From a bacterium (GTDB taxonomy: Bacteria; RBG-13-61-14; DATKZS01): a stretch of DNA of 64,000 nt. The stretch is taken from NCBI GenBank assembly GCA_963674965.2, contig CAXXFL010000003.1, forward strand, positions 224,001 to 288,000, in the 5' to 3' direction. The translations under genes and the position numbers were made by a program. The notes under the pieces are model-generated. The model did no database searches, was not told the DNA's origin, and saw only the letters and a list, made by a program, of their open reading frames with translations. This document shows positions 27,225-36,842 of the stretch, in pieces (position 1 is the first letter of the stretch; every line of letters begins with the position of its first letter).

Positions 27225-29213
27225 TCAATTTTTTTCCCCGATTCCGCCGCCGGCGGTGATGGCCAGATATTTTATTTTGATATCGCCCGGCTTATTCATG
27301 GGATGGAAGGCCATGGCGCGGACTTTTTCGCTTTTCATGAATCTGGGAGTCGCGCCGAGAGGGACGGCGTATATATGGTATTGGCCGTCGGTTTGAATCT
27401 CGAAGAGTAAGCTGTTGTCCTCGTTGTAGGATGAAAGGCCGGTCCCCATCCAAAAGATTTGAGCGAAAAAAGGAGGTCCTCCATCCGCCGCCACCGCCAT
27501 CTCGATAACCAGGTCGTCAACCAGGAGAGGGTCCAGGTCCATACGTCCGCTTTGAAGCGCCGGATCGCCGCCAACGGCCTCGAGGGACCCGCCGCCGCGC
27601 TCGACGATCTGGTTTAGCGCTCTCATGGCTCGGAGACCCTTTTGATCGGCCAGTACGAGGGGAGGAAGGACCAGGCCGGCGGCGAGGGCTTTTTCCCTTC
27701 TGGAGACGGCACGGGCGTAGACGTCCTTTTCCGAGGACGCCATTTTCTTTTCCTTGTCCCAGGAAAGGACCAGGGACTTGCCGGCCACGACGGAGTAAAG
27801 GTCAGGCCGGCAGCATATGCCCAGTCCCGGACCTACTCTTCCGCAGTGGAAGGCCTTTATTTTTCCGTCATCTCCCCTCTTGGCCACCTCCAGGTTCAGC
27901 GCCGCCGTAAGCGCGACGTCGCGGTGGAAGAGCATGGCTTTTTCCGAGGCCAGGGGAAAATCGAACAGGTAGACCTCCTCGAGAGCTCCGGTCCGCGACT
28001 CTTGCACGGCCTCGATGACTTCCCGCGTCATTTTGTCCGCGTCCTCATAATCGCGGGTCAGGCCCAGTAGCCCGAAGCTATAAAAAATGAGCGCGGCCGC
28101 GAGAAAAACCAGGCTTGGCATTTTTCGCCAGCGGCGGGCCCCATCCCGGGGAACGAGTGAACCCAGGGCCAGGCAAAATCCGCCGGCGGGCAAATAAAGG
28201 AGGCGAGACCCGATCCACTCGCCGGCCGACCATTCGAACCCGAGCGCCGGTATCATAAACAAAAGCGCGAAGACGGACCCCAAGACCAGCCTCGTGGTCC
28301 TTTGGCTTAATATGGAAAAAACAACCATCGCCGCCGCCATGGCCAGGCAAAGAAGGGCCGCGTGGGTCGCGCTCAAGCCGGGTAATATCCCCGGACCCAT
28401 GAGTCTCGAGACCATGACGCCAAGGCCGCTTAGGGCCTCAATAACCGAGGGCGTCCGTCCGGCCGCGGGAAAAAAGCTTCCGTTGGCGAGGACGCGCAAA
28501 ACAAGGTAAGCCAAAGCCGCCGGCGCCATGGACGCGAACGCGATTATCACCTCGGGCAAGCGGCCTCTTGCCCCTTTTACGATCGATTCATCATGGGCGC
28601 CTTGCCCGGGTCTTATCGCCTGATAGGCCAGGGCCAGCGGCAAAACGGCGGCCCCCGTTTCCTTGGTCAGCATGGCGAGAAGCGCCATGAACGCTCCGGC
28701 CGCGGCCTTGAGGGATTTTCTCCGCTCGCCTCTTTCCGGGAGCAGCAGGAGGCAGGCAAGGACGAAGGTGAGGCAAAGCAGGTCGAATCGGCCCGATACC
28801 CATAAGACCGCTTCCACCTGGACCGGATGAACGAGGAATAAGAGCGAACATAATAGGGCGGCTATGGTTGGGGCTTTTAGCTTTTTAGCCAGAAGGAATA
28901 AAAGAAGGGCGTTAGCATAGTGCAGGCACAGACTGATCAGTCGCTCCAGAAAAACGTCCCCGCCGCCGGCCTGGCCCAGGGCCCAGGGTATGACCGCGGC
29001 GGGCCGGAAGAAGGCCCCGTCCATGAGCCGCGAAAACGCGAGCGACAACCCCCGGACGCCATGGTCGCGAAGCACTTCGCCGAAAACGAAGTCGTCGGCG
29101 AAAAGCCCCAGCCAGAGGGTCCTGGAGTGTATGAACAAAAAGACAAGCGCCATGAACATCGGCAATCTCAGACTCTCCGATGCTCGGCTTTTCGGTTTCA
29201 AGTCTTCGGTCAT
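27225..29213 (-). CDS. Polytopic membrane protein, GT-C glycosyltransferase-like, with soluble C-terminal domain
   Basis: FADDF, FFRP, LFLVHPVQVEAVLWVSGRFDLL, TKE, RLLYLP motifs. Confidence 0.75.
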   Translation of the reverse strand: MTEDLKPKSRASESLRLPMFMALVFLFIHSRTLWLGLFADDFVFGEVLRDHGVRGLSLAFSRLMDGAFFRPAAVIPWALGQAGGGDVFLERLISLCLHYANALLLFLLAKKLKAPTIAALLCSLLFLVHPVQVEAVLWVSGRFDLLCLTFVLACLLLLPERGERRKSLKAAAGAFMALLAMLTKETGAAVLPLALAYQAIRPGQGAHDESIVKGARGRLPEVIIAFASMAPAALAYLVLRVLANGSFFPAAGRTPSVIEALSGLGVMVSRLMGPGILPGLSATHAALLCLAMAAAMVVFSILSQRTTRLVLGSVFALLFMIPALGFEWSAGEWIGSRLLYLPAGGFCLALGSLVPRDGARRWRKMPSLVFLAAALIFYSFGLLGLTRDYEDADKMTREVIEAVQESRTGALEEVYLFDFPLASEKAMLFHRDVALTAALNLEVAKRGDDGKIKAFHCGRVGPGLGICCRPDLYSVVAGKSLVLSWDKEKKMASSEKDVYARAVSRREKALAAGLVLPPLVLADQKGLRAMRALNQIVERGGGSLEAVGGDPALQSGRMDLDPLLVDDLVIEMAVAADGGPPFFAQIFWMGTGLSSYNEDNSLLFEIQTDGQYHIYAVPLGATPRFMKSEKVRAMAFHPMNKPGDIKIKYLAITAGGGIGEKN

Positions 29214-29539
29214 GGCTGAGAAACGGATAATACAGGAAGGACATGAAGGTGGCAAGAAATTCCTGAGGAAATGAATATCGGATCACGCCGCCAAGGCCCC
29301 ATGGTCCTTCCGCGGCCCCGCCGTCCGTACTATCGACTTTAAGAGCGGGTTAATGTATGGTGTAGCGTGGGTTTGAAAAGCGGCCGGCAAGCCGGGCTGG
29401 GAAATCGGCGATCGCGGCTCGTTTGTTCCCGGGGGATTGGCGCGCGGCGTTTCACGCGTCCGAGAGGCAAAAACTTGGAAAGACCGGGCGGCTTTGATAT
29501 GTATTTTCCTGGACAATCAAGGAACGGGGAAGGAAACCA

Positions 29540-31165
29540 ATGACTATAAAAAAGACTTTGTTTTTTCTGGCGGCGGGCGCCTTTTTGGTCCTGGGATCGA
29601 GCGCCATGGCCGACGACGACTGCTCCGACCCGGTCGAGACGGGCCAGGGCGTTTTCGTGGGCTACGCCGACGAGCGATACGACGCCTGCGTCTACCGCGG
29701 CATACCCTACGCCAAGCCGCCGGTGGGCGATCTGCGCTTGAAGCGTCCCCAGCCGCCCGACCCTCACGCGGGCGCGCTCGAGGCCTTCGAGTTCGGTCCG
29801 GTCTGCGAGCAGGGCTCGGATCAATACTCCGAGGACTGCTTATACCTCAATATCTACCGGCCGAAAAAATCGGGGGTTTTCCCGGTCATGTTCTGGATTC
29901 ACGGCGGCGGTTTCATCAGCGGCTCCGGAAGTTTCGTCTTCTACGACGGGGCGCGGCTGGCCTCGCGCGACGACGTGGTCGTGGTCACCATCAATTACCG
30001 GCTCGGCCCTCTCGGTTTCCTCGCTCTTCCGGAACTCAAGGAGGAGGACCCCAAAGGCGGTACCGGCAACTACGGGACCCTCGACCAGGTCCGGGCCCTG
30101 GAATGGACCCGGGACAACGTCGCGGCCTTCGGCGGGGACCCCGGCAACGTTACCGCCTTCGGACAGTCGGCCGGCGGCATGAGCATCTGCACGCTGCTGG
30201 CCGCGCCCGAGGCCGAGGGGCTCTTCCACCGGGCCATGATAATGAGCGCGCCCTGCCGGCTTTTCACCGAGCTCGGGAAGGGATACGAAAAGACCCGCTC
30301 GGCTCTGAAAAAAATCGGCTGCGACGGCGAGGGCGACGTTCTCGAGTGCCTGCGCGCAAAGCCCGCCAAAGCCTTCAACCTCAAGGGCGGCAACGACATG
30401 TTCACGGGCGGCACCCCCTGGAGCCCGACCGTGGACGGGTCCTATTTAACCGACATGCCCCTAAATCTCATCGAACGCGGCGAATACCACAAAATGCCGA
30501 CCATCATCTCCACTACTCACGACGAGCTGCGCCTCTATACCATGTCCATACCCGGGCTCGGCGCCTGGCCGCGCTCGTCGGTCAACCTCCTGCTGAAAGG
30601 CCTGGTCGGGCCCAATTACAAGGAGATAAGGGCGCTCTACGATTACCGCGAGTTCAGACGGCCCATCGATCTCGCCCTGGCTTTCGGAAACCAGATGACC
30701 TTTGACGCGCCGCTGTACATGATGGCCGAGGCCATGTCCGGGCAAAACCCGGTCTACGTTTATCGCTTCGACTGGCACGAGACGCGCTACCCCCACAAAA
30801 TGGGAGCTTTCCACGCGATCGACGTGCCCTTCGTCTTCGGCGCGTTTACCATGGACTTCGAAATCGCGCGGATGGTGGCGAGCAAAAAAATCTTCGAGGA
30901 AAACGAATACCTTTCCCTCCACGTCATGGATTACGTCACCAGCTTCGCCAGGAACGGCGTTCCCGCCGCCGACGGCGCGCCCGAGTGGCCGGCGTACGCG
31001 ACCGAGTCCAAGTACCGGCTTTACATCGATAAGGAAATCACGGCGCTACCGCTGACGGAAAAGGAGGTCGAGCGTTACGAGTGGTACGCGGACCGGACCA
31101 TGGGGGATATCATGGAGGGGCCGATCAGTAGATTCACCTTTACCAACGAGGACAGGAACGAATAG
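29540..31165 (+). CDS. Carboxylesterase type B (secreted)
   Basis: GIPYAKPPVGDLR, SEDCLYLNI, WIHGGGF, NYRLG, FGQSAGG, GAFHAIDVPFVF. Confidence 0.93.
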   Translation: MTIKKTLFFLAAGAFLVLGSSAMADDDCSDPVETGQGVFVGYADERYDACVYRGIPYAKPPVGDLRLKRPQPPDPHAGALEAFEFGPVCEQGSDQYSEDCLYLNIYRPKKSGVFPVMFWIHGGGFISGSGSFVFYDGARLASRDDVVVVTINYRLGPLGFLALPELKEEDPKGGTGNYGTLDQVRALEWTRDNVAAFGGDPGNVTAFGQSAGGMSICTLLAAPEAEGLFHRAMIMSAPCRLFTELGKGYEKTRSALKKIGCDGEGDVLECLRAKPAKAFNLKGGNDMFTGGTPWSPTVDGSYLTDMPLNLIERGEYHKMPTIISTTHDELRLYTMSIPGLGAWPRSSVNLLLKGLVGPNYKEIRALYDYREFRRPIDLALAFGNQMTFDAPLYMMAEAMSGQNPVYVYRFDWHETRYPHKMGAFHAIDVPFVFGAFTMDFEIARMVASKKIFEENEYLSLHVMDYVTSFARNGVPAADGAPEWPAYATESKYRLYIDKEITALPLTEKEVERYEWYADRTMGDIMEGPISRFTFTNEDRNE

Positions 31166-31362
31166 GACTGCCGCTGGAAGGGTAAACCAAAATCAATTTT
31201 ATTTCGACGGGGCTCATTTTTCATTCGCCTCGAAACTCTCGCGGTCTTTTAATCCATCAAGGAGCGGCAAACCTGGCCACGAAAAGACGCGGCCTATTGA
31301 GAATCGGTCGATTACTCGATCTCGATTTTCCCGCTCGGGCCGCCGGCGCCGGCCTTAATCGT

Positions 31363-31653
31363 TTATTTTTTCTTTTGCAGGTTGCTTTGCAGCCGCGCCT
31401 GGGCCTCTTGTAGAGAGCCTTGCAGGGCCTGGACCAGGGCGTAGGCGTTTCCCACCGAGAGGACTATACGGTTCGACAGGGTCGCGTGTCCCGGCATGGA
31501 CCGGTGAATATTGCCGAACTCGATCACCACCTCGCCGACCCCGACGAAGACGTTAAAGACGTCGCGGTACGAGTAATCCAGGTCGGGCGACACGTGGAAC
31601 TGGACGTCCTTGGTTTCTTCATGCCCGCCCGTCTTATTTTCGTCAGCCATCAT
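31363..31653 (-). CDS. Small DUF3467-like protein
   Basis: Y...FNVFVGVGEVVIEFG...RIVLS..NA..L..AL pattern; SD GGAGGAG; directly follows the DUF4150 gene. Confidence 0.6.
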   Translation of the reverse strand: MMADENKTGGHEETKDVQFHVSPDLDYSYRDVFNVFVGVGEVVIEFGNIHRSMPGHATLSNRIVLSVGNAYALVQALQGSLQEAQARLQSNLQKKK

Positions 31654-31717
31654 TATTCTCCTCCGTCGGCCGCGAGGAGTATCGCGGCGAAAAACCCGTC
31701 CCGGTTTCGCGAGGGGT

Positions 31718-32125
31718 TCAGGACATTATCATTACCTTGGTCTGGGAGGGAGCGAGGGTCATCCCCCCCGGCACGTTGGTGGAATTTTGCAGGGCCGTAT
31801 CGAGCATCCTGGTCGCGGGCATTCCTCCCGTGAAGACCTTGACGCTGCACTTGGTGTTCCTGGCCGGTCCCATCACCGTTCCCGAGGCCACGCCCGTGGC
31901 GACCCCGGCGTTGTCCCCGTTGGTCATGGGTATGGTGGTCCCGATATTGTGGGAGGGCATCATCATGATCAGGTGTTTCATGGACGCGGTCGGTGGAATG
32001 GCCATGGGCTTCATGGACGTGTTCGGATATGGAACGGGCACGGGGGAAGGAGAAGGAGGAGCCGGCGTCAAACACACGTCGGGCGCCCCAATGTCGTTTC
32101 CCATCATCGAGCAGTTGGCGAACAT
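31718..32125 (-). CDS. PAAR-like DUF4150 spike-tip protein
   Basis: PDVCLTP..PVPVPYPN, GDNAGVATGVASGTVMG, S.KV..GG.PATR, QNSTN.PG....PSQTKV. Confidence 0.9.
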   Translation of the reverse strand: MFANCSMMGNDIGAPDVCLTPAPPSPSPVPVPYPNTSMKPMAIPPTASMKHLIMMMPSHNIGTTIPMTNGDNAGVATGVASGTVMGPARNTKCSVKVFTGGMPATRMLDTALQNSTNVPGGMTLAPSQTKVMIMS

Positions 32126-32155
32126 AATAGTCTCCCTTCTTGCCGGCGGCGCTCG

Positions 32156-32815
32156 TCAGGCCATGAATATGCGCTCGCCGTCGATCTTGGTGTCTTTCCT
32201 GCTGACCATGATCGTGTTTTTCGAGTCCATGGAATACAGGCCGGCGACCTTGCGCGTCATCTGCCCCGCCTTGACCTGGTCGTAGTCCTCGGTGTGGCGG
32301 ACGAAGCTTTTAAACCTGCCAATCGCCCGCGTCGCCATGGTGTTGATCATCCCGAACATGACCAGCGCCGACTTGAAGTCGGCCTTGAGGTCCGAGCCCC
32401 TGGCCTTGAGCTCGCCGAAATCGACCACCGCCTCGCGGCTTGTATGCACGGCCCGGTCCGAGATGAAATTGAGTCCCTCCCCCGAGGCCATGGTGGTGGA
32501 CCCTGTCGACATGAAGTTCATCGAGCCTCGCGACGCCACCATGGACGCGTCCGCCGGGAAGCGAACGGTCAGGTTCTGATCGCCCGGACGCTCGATTATT
32601 CCGAGCACGTAATACCGGCCGGAGTCGTCCTCCGAGCAGATGACCAGGTCGCCCGCCCGGGGCTGGACCAGGCAACTGAAGGCGACCCCCGCCTTCATGG
32701 CCCGCTCGCCCATTTCGATTTCAACAGCCCCGCCCGAAACGGACAGGACCCTTGCGTTTCGTACGCCCGGCGTTCTCTCTTTGCTTATTGGAACCACGTT
32801 GGCGGCGTTCGTCAT
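32156..32815 (-). CDS. DUF3540 domain protein (T6SS spike-associated)
   Basis: A.VAFSCLVQPRAGDLV...YVLGIIER; C-terminal KIDGERIFMA; ATGA overlap with the upstream stop. Confidence 0.85.
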   Translation of the reverse strand: MTNAANVVPISKERTPGVRNARVLSVSGGAVEIEMGERAMKAGVAFSCLVQPRAGDLVICSEDDSGRYYVLGIIERPGDQNLTVRFPADASMVASRGSMNFMSTGSTTMASGEGLNFISDRAVHTSREAVVDFGELKARGSDLKADFKSALVMFGMINTMATRAIGRFKSFVRHTEDYDQVKAGQMTRKVAGLYSMDSKNTIMVSRKDTKIDGERIFMA

Positions 32816-33867
32816 TTTCCGTTCCCCCATTGTTCGGCTTTTTTACGTTTTTCGTCCCTGCCGCGCGCGAGCGTTTTGCTTGCGCCGGTCCATTTCGTTT
32901 TGGCGTCGCGAGTCTCGTGCATGTTGGTCCTGAAAAGTATGGCGTTGGAGAAGTCGGACTCGAGAAGGGCCGCGTGAGACAGGTCGGCGTCGGTGAAGTC
33001 CGCCCCCGAGAAATTGGACCCCTGGGCCTTGATCTCGGTGAGCTGGGCCGCGTTCAAGTTGGCCGAGGACAAGTCGGCCCCCGACAAGACGGCCTTTTGC
33101 ATGCCCGCCTTTTCCAGGTTCGCTCCCTTGAAGCTCGCGCCCTCCAGGTTGGCCTCGTAGAAATTGGCCAGCTCGAGACAGGCCTCGTCGAAGTTCGATC
33201 CCGCCAGGCTGGCCTGGGTGAAGCCGCCCTGCCTCAGTTTGGACCCCTTGAAATTACATCCCTTCAGCTCGCATTCGCTGAACTGACACATGGTCAGGTC
33301 CATGCCGCTGAAATCCACGCCCTCAAGGGATGCCCTTTTAAAGTAGGACAGGTTAATGACCGCGGTCTGAAAAGCGTTGTCCTTGAACTCGCACTCGAGG
33401 AAAACCGACTTGTCCACCCGGGCCCCCGAGAAGATGACCCCCTTCAGGTCGCACTGCTGGAAGGCCGTCTTTTCCAAGTCCGCCTCGGAGAAATTAACCT
33501 GGCCAAGGTTCGACTCGCTGAACAGACCCATTTGCAAGCCGGCGCCGGCAAAGTCCGCCTCCGCGAGGTCGCACTTGACGAACTTGGTAAAGTCGATCTT
33601 GACCCCGGCGAAAATCGCTCCCGTAAAGTCGCTTTTGATCAAGTTGGCGTCCTTTAAATCCGCCCCGGCAAACTTCGCCTTTTTCACGCCGCAGTCGTTA
33701 AAGAGGGCTTCCCTTAAGTTCGAGCCGCTGAAGTCGCAGCCGCCGAAGTTGACGCGCTGGAAAATCCCTCCAGACAGGTCCGCGTTGGAGAAGTCCGAGC
33801 CGGAGAAATCCTCGTCACTGAAGACGTCTCCGGCCTTGACCTTAAGGGACAGCTCCTCGCCGTTCAT
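32812..33867 (-). CDS. Pentapeptide repeat protein
   Basis: Continuous A(D/N)L/F-x-x repeats over ~330 aa. Confidence 0.92.
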   Translation of the reverse strand: MNGEELSLKVKAGDVFSDEDFSGSDFSNADLSGGIFQRVNFGGCDFSGSNLREALFNDCGVKKAKFAGADLKDANLIKSDFTGAIFAGVKIDFTKFVKCDLAEADFAGAGLQMGLFSESNLGQVNFSEADLEKTAFQQCDLKGVIFSGARVDKSVFLECEFKDNAFQTAVINLSYFKRASLEGVDFSGMDLTMCQFSECELKGCNFKGSKLRQGGFTQASLAGSNFDEACLELANFYEANLEGASFKGANLEKAGMQKAVLSGADLSSANLNAAQLTEIKAQGSNFSGADFTDADLSHAALLESDFSNAILFRTNMHETRDAKTKWTGASKTLARGRDEKRKKAEQWGNGK

Positions 33868-36842
33868 TTGGGCCTCCAGCCTTCTATGATGGTGGACTCG
33901 AGGTTCGAGTCCCTGAAGTCCGTGTTGGTTATGGTCGATCTCAAGAAATCGACCGCGTAAAGGTTGGCCCGGGCGAAAGAGGCGTTGACCAGGTAGGCCT
34001 TGGAAAGGGACCCCTCCATCAGGTTGATACCGTCGAGTTTGGCCCCCGCCAGGTTGGCCTTTTTGAACATCGCGCTTTTGGCGTTCGCGCCGGACAAATC
34101 GGCCCCGGACAGGTCCGCGCCCATGAAGTTCGAGTTAATCATGACCGCGCCGGTGAAGTCCGCGCCCTGCATGTCCATGTCCATAAAGCTGGATTGGACC
34201 ACGCGCGCGCCCTTGAACCTGAGACCCCGGCTTTCCTTCTTCTCCGGGTCCTTGGCCGTGAAGCACGCCCCGGACAGGTCCGCCTCGTCAAAAACGACGT
34301 TGGTGAACTTCGTGTCCGAGAAAGCGCAGCGGTTCATCACCGCCCCCGTAAAGTCACAGTCCCTGATATCGCAACTGATAAAGGCGCCGGCCGTCAGGTC
34401 CGCCCCGGGGAACCCGGTCCCCGCGATCTCGGCCTCGAGAAAAGTCATGCCGGGCATATGGGCCCCGGCGAAGCTCGACCCGCTTATCACCACCTCGAGG
34501 GACTCGGCGTCCTTCAACTCGGCGCGCGTGAAGTCGGCGTCCTTGAAAACGCCCCTCGTCAGTTTGGCCGAATCGAGATTGGCCTCGGTGAAATTCGCCC
34601 GCGTCGCCCTGGCCGCGCCCAGGTTGGTCCCCTCGAGGTTGGCCCCCGTAAGGTCGGCGTTCTCGAGGTTGGCCCGGGCCATGATCGCCTTGCTCAGGTT
34701 CGCCCCTTTCAGGCTGGTCCTCGCGAAGTTCACCTGCTCCAGGAAGCAGCCGCTCAAATTTACGCCGGCAAGGTCCTGGCCGCTGAGGTCCAGGCAGGCC
34801 CAGTCACCGTTGGACACGTCCTCCCCTTGGGCGACGGCGGCGAGAAATTTTTCCGCCACCTTCTCCACCGGCTCCTTGTGCGGAGACAGGCCGGGAGAGA
34901 GCATGTGGGCCGCCATGATATAGCCGTCCTTGAACTGGCTTTCCGCCTGGAGCAGGGCCTCCCCGGTTTTCTCCTTGGCCGTTTTTATTCCCTCCATCGC
35001 CTCTTGTATCCGGTCCTCCAGGTCCCGCGTATTCTCATCCTCGATCCCCGCGGCCCGGGCGGAATTAAGGTGCTCGATGGCGCTTAACAGCTCGGGAGGG
35101 GGCTCGGTGGGAATGTCCGACATTTGCCCGATGACCTCCTCGGCGTTGAATCGGGGCAGGGCCACCTCCGGGTTTTCCTCCTGGTCCAGGGCCTCGAGCG
35201 CCTTATAGGTCTCCTGGATTTTTTCCTCCATCTCTTTTTGCGCCTTGTCGTCCATGGCGTCGGCGCCCTCTTTGATCGAGTCGAGTTTTTTCCCGATCTC
35301 GTCCTTGGACTTGGCTATTTCCTCCCTGGTCAAATCCATGACCTCTTTTTTCTTTTTGTCTCCGAACTCGCTTATGGCGCCGGCAATTTTATCGATCTTG
35401 TCAAAGGAGAACTCCTTGATATCGAGCTGGGCCGGGTCGCCCGCCATTATGCCCGGGAGGATGGAGTCGAGCTTTTGTTTAAGCGCCGCGACGTCCGGGT
35501 CGGGCTCGACCTCGGGCTTATTCTCGACCATCTTCCTAAGGTCCACCTTGGCCTCGTCGGGAAGCTGGTCCGAGGCCTGGTTGGGCATGTCCATGGCCTC
35601 CATCTTCTTTTCCGACTGGGCCACCGCCTCCTCGATCTTTTCGTCGACCTCCTTTTGCATGGCCTCGGACTTGGCCCCCATGTTCTTGGCCAGCTCGCTT
35701 TCGCCGCCGCCCTCGAGGCCCATCTTGAACAAGATCTCCATGGCGCAAAGCGATCCGACGGGGATAAGGTCCGAGGTGTTGAGCTCGTTTAAAAGCGGAT
35801 CGTTTCCGTTCATTCTCTTTTCCATGGCCGCCTTGTAATGCTCGAGGTCTCGCGGCGGGTGGGACCGGTCCTCATAGGCGGCCAGGACGTGGGTGATCTC
35901 CTCGGCCTCGTCGTCGCGCACCTCGATCCCCTTGCGCCAGATAAGGAGGGCCATGAGTTTTTCCGGAAAGAACCAGACCGTGTCCAGGTTCATGGATATC
36001 TCGGCGAACTCCGGTCCTTTTTCCTCCCTCTCGCGCAGGATGAAAAGGCGGACCCAATATCCGGGGAGATTGCCCTCGACGCGCGGCATGGTGGGATGCA
36101 TATTGGTAAGGCAAAAGCTCTCGTTGCCGATAAAGAAGTCATCGATCCACTGGTCCTCGGGCGCGCAAAGGAAATGGCGCCAGTCCATGTCCTCGGGATA
36201 GCCCGGGTAATATTTCCTTTTGTAGTCCTGGTTGTAAGTCCCCGCGAAGCGCATGCGCGTTGGAAGCGAAGGGTCGAGGGGCGCGAGTCCCACCGGCTCG
36301 GGCCTGTCCGAGGGAGACCCGATAAGTTTTTTCGGGTCCAGTACGTTGGGCAGGGGCTGGGCCATCCCGCCTTTATCTCCCTTTACCGGGGCGCAGCCCT
36401 TGCCATGGGGGTTGGGCGTGTACCCCTCCCCTCCGAAGGCCCTGCTCCAGCTTATTTCCATTTCCGTGAAGGGCTCGGGGTCGGATATGACCGCGCCCAG
36501 CCCCCCGGACTGCTTCCAGATTCTGTCGCCCATGACGTAAAGGGTCTTCTTGACGGGACCGATCTCGAGCCTGACCTCATTGGCCGGCACGGGCTTATTG
36601 TCCTTGGCGAAGCACTTGCCCGAGACCAGGACCTCGCCGTTGGGCTTGGGCATGCCCACGTCGGGCAGGGGGGGATCGCCCATGCACTCGAAGGCGTCCT
36701 TTATCTGCTCGAACTCGAGCAGGGCCTCCCCCGTCGGGAGACGGACGCCAAGGGTCGCCGAGGCGGTGAAATAGAACTTCCTGCCCTTTTCCAGGACCCG
36801 GTTGCAAAAGCTTATCTGTAGCGGCCGATATATTTGCATCAC
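33864..36842 (-). CDS. DUF2169 domain plus pentapeptide repeat protein (T6SS adaptor-like)
   Basis: D.GMPKP.GEVLVSG, WSRAFGG...NP.GKG, R..FAGTY...YPGYPEDMDW.HF..AP.DQ, LDTVWFFP; C-terminal pentapeptide repeats. Confidence 0.9.
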   Translation of the reverse strand: MMQIYRPLQISFCNRVLEKGRKFYFTASATLGVRLPTGEALLEFEQIKDAFECMGDPPLPDVGMPKPNGEVLVSGKCFAKDNKPVPANEVRLEIGPVKKTLYVMGDRIWKQSGGLGAVISDPEPFTEMEISWSRAFGGEGYTPNPHGKGCAPVKGDKGGMAQPLPNVLDPKKLIGSPSDRPEPVGLAPLDPSLPTRMRFAGTYNQDYKRKYYPGYPEDMDWRHFLCAPEDQWIDDFFIGNESFCLTNMHPTMPRVEGNLPGYWVRLFILREREEKGPEFAEISMNLDTVWFFPEKLMALLIWRKGIEVRDDEAEEITHVLAAYEDRSHPPRDLEHYKAAMEKRMNGNDPLLNELNTSDLIPVGSLCAMEILFKMGLEGGGESELAKNMGAKSEAMQKEVDEKIEEAVAQSEKKMEAMDMPNQASDQLPDEAKVDLRKMVENKPEVEPDPDVAALKQKLDSILPGIMAGDPAQLDIKEFSFDKIDKIAGAISEFGDKKKKEVMDLTREEIAKSKDEIGKKLDSIKEGADAMDDKAQKEMEEKIQETYKALEALDQEENPEVALPRFNAEEVIGQMSDIPTEPPPELLSAIEHLNSARAAGIEDENTRDLEDRIQEAMEGIKTAKEKTGEALLQAESQFKDGYIMAAHMLSPGLSPHKEPVEKVAEKFLAAVAQGEDVSNGDWACLDLSGQDLAGVNLSGCFLEQVNFARTSLKGANLSKAIMARANLENADLTGANLEGTNLGAARATRANFTEANLDSAKLTRGVFKDADFTRAELKDAESLEVVISGSSFAGAHMPGMTFLEAEIAGTGFPGADLTAGAFISCDIRDCDFTGAVMNRCAFSDTKFTNVVFDEADLSGACFTAKDPEKKESRGLRFKGARVVQSSFMDMDMQGADFTGAVMINSNFMGADLSGADLSGANAKSAMFKKANLAGAKLDGINLMEGSLSKAYLVNASFARANLYAVDFLRSTITNTDFRDSNLESTIIEGWRPK

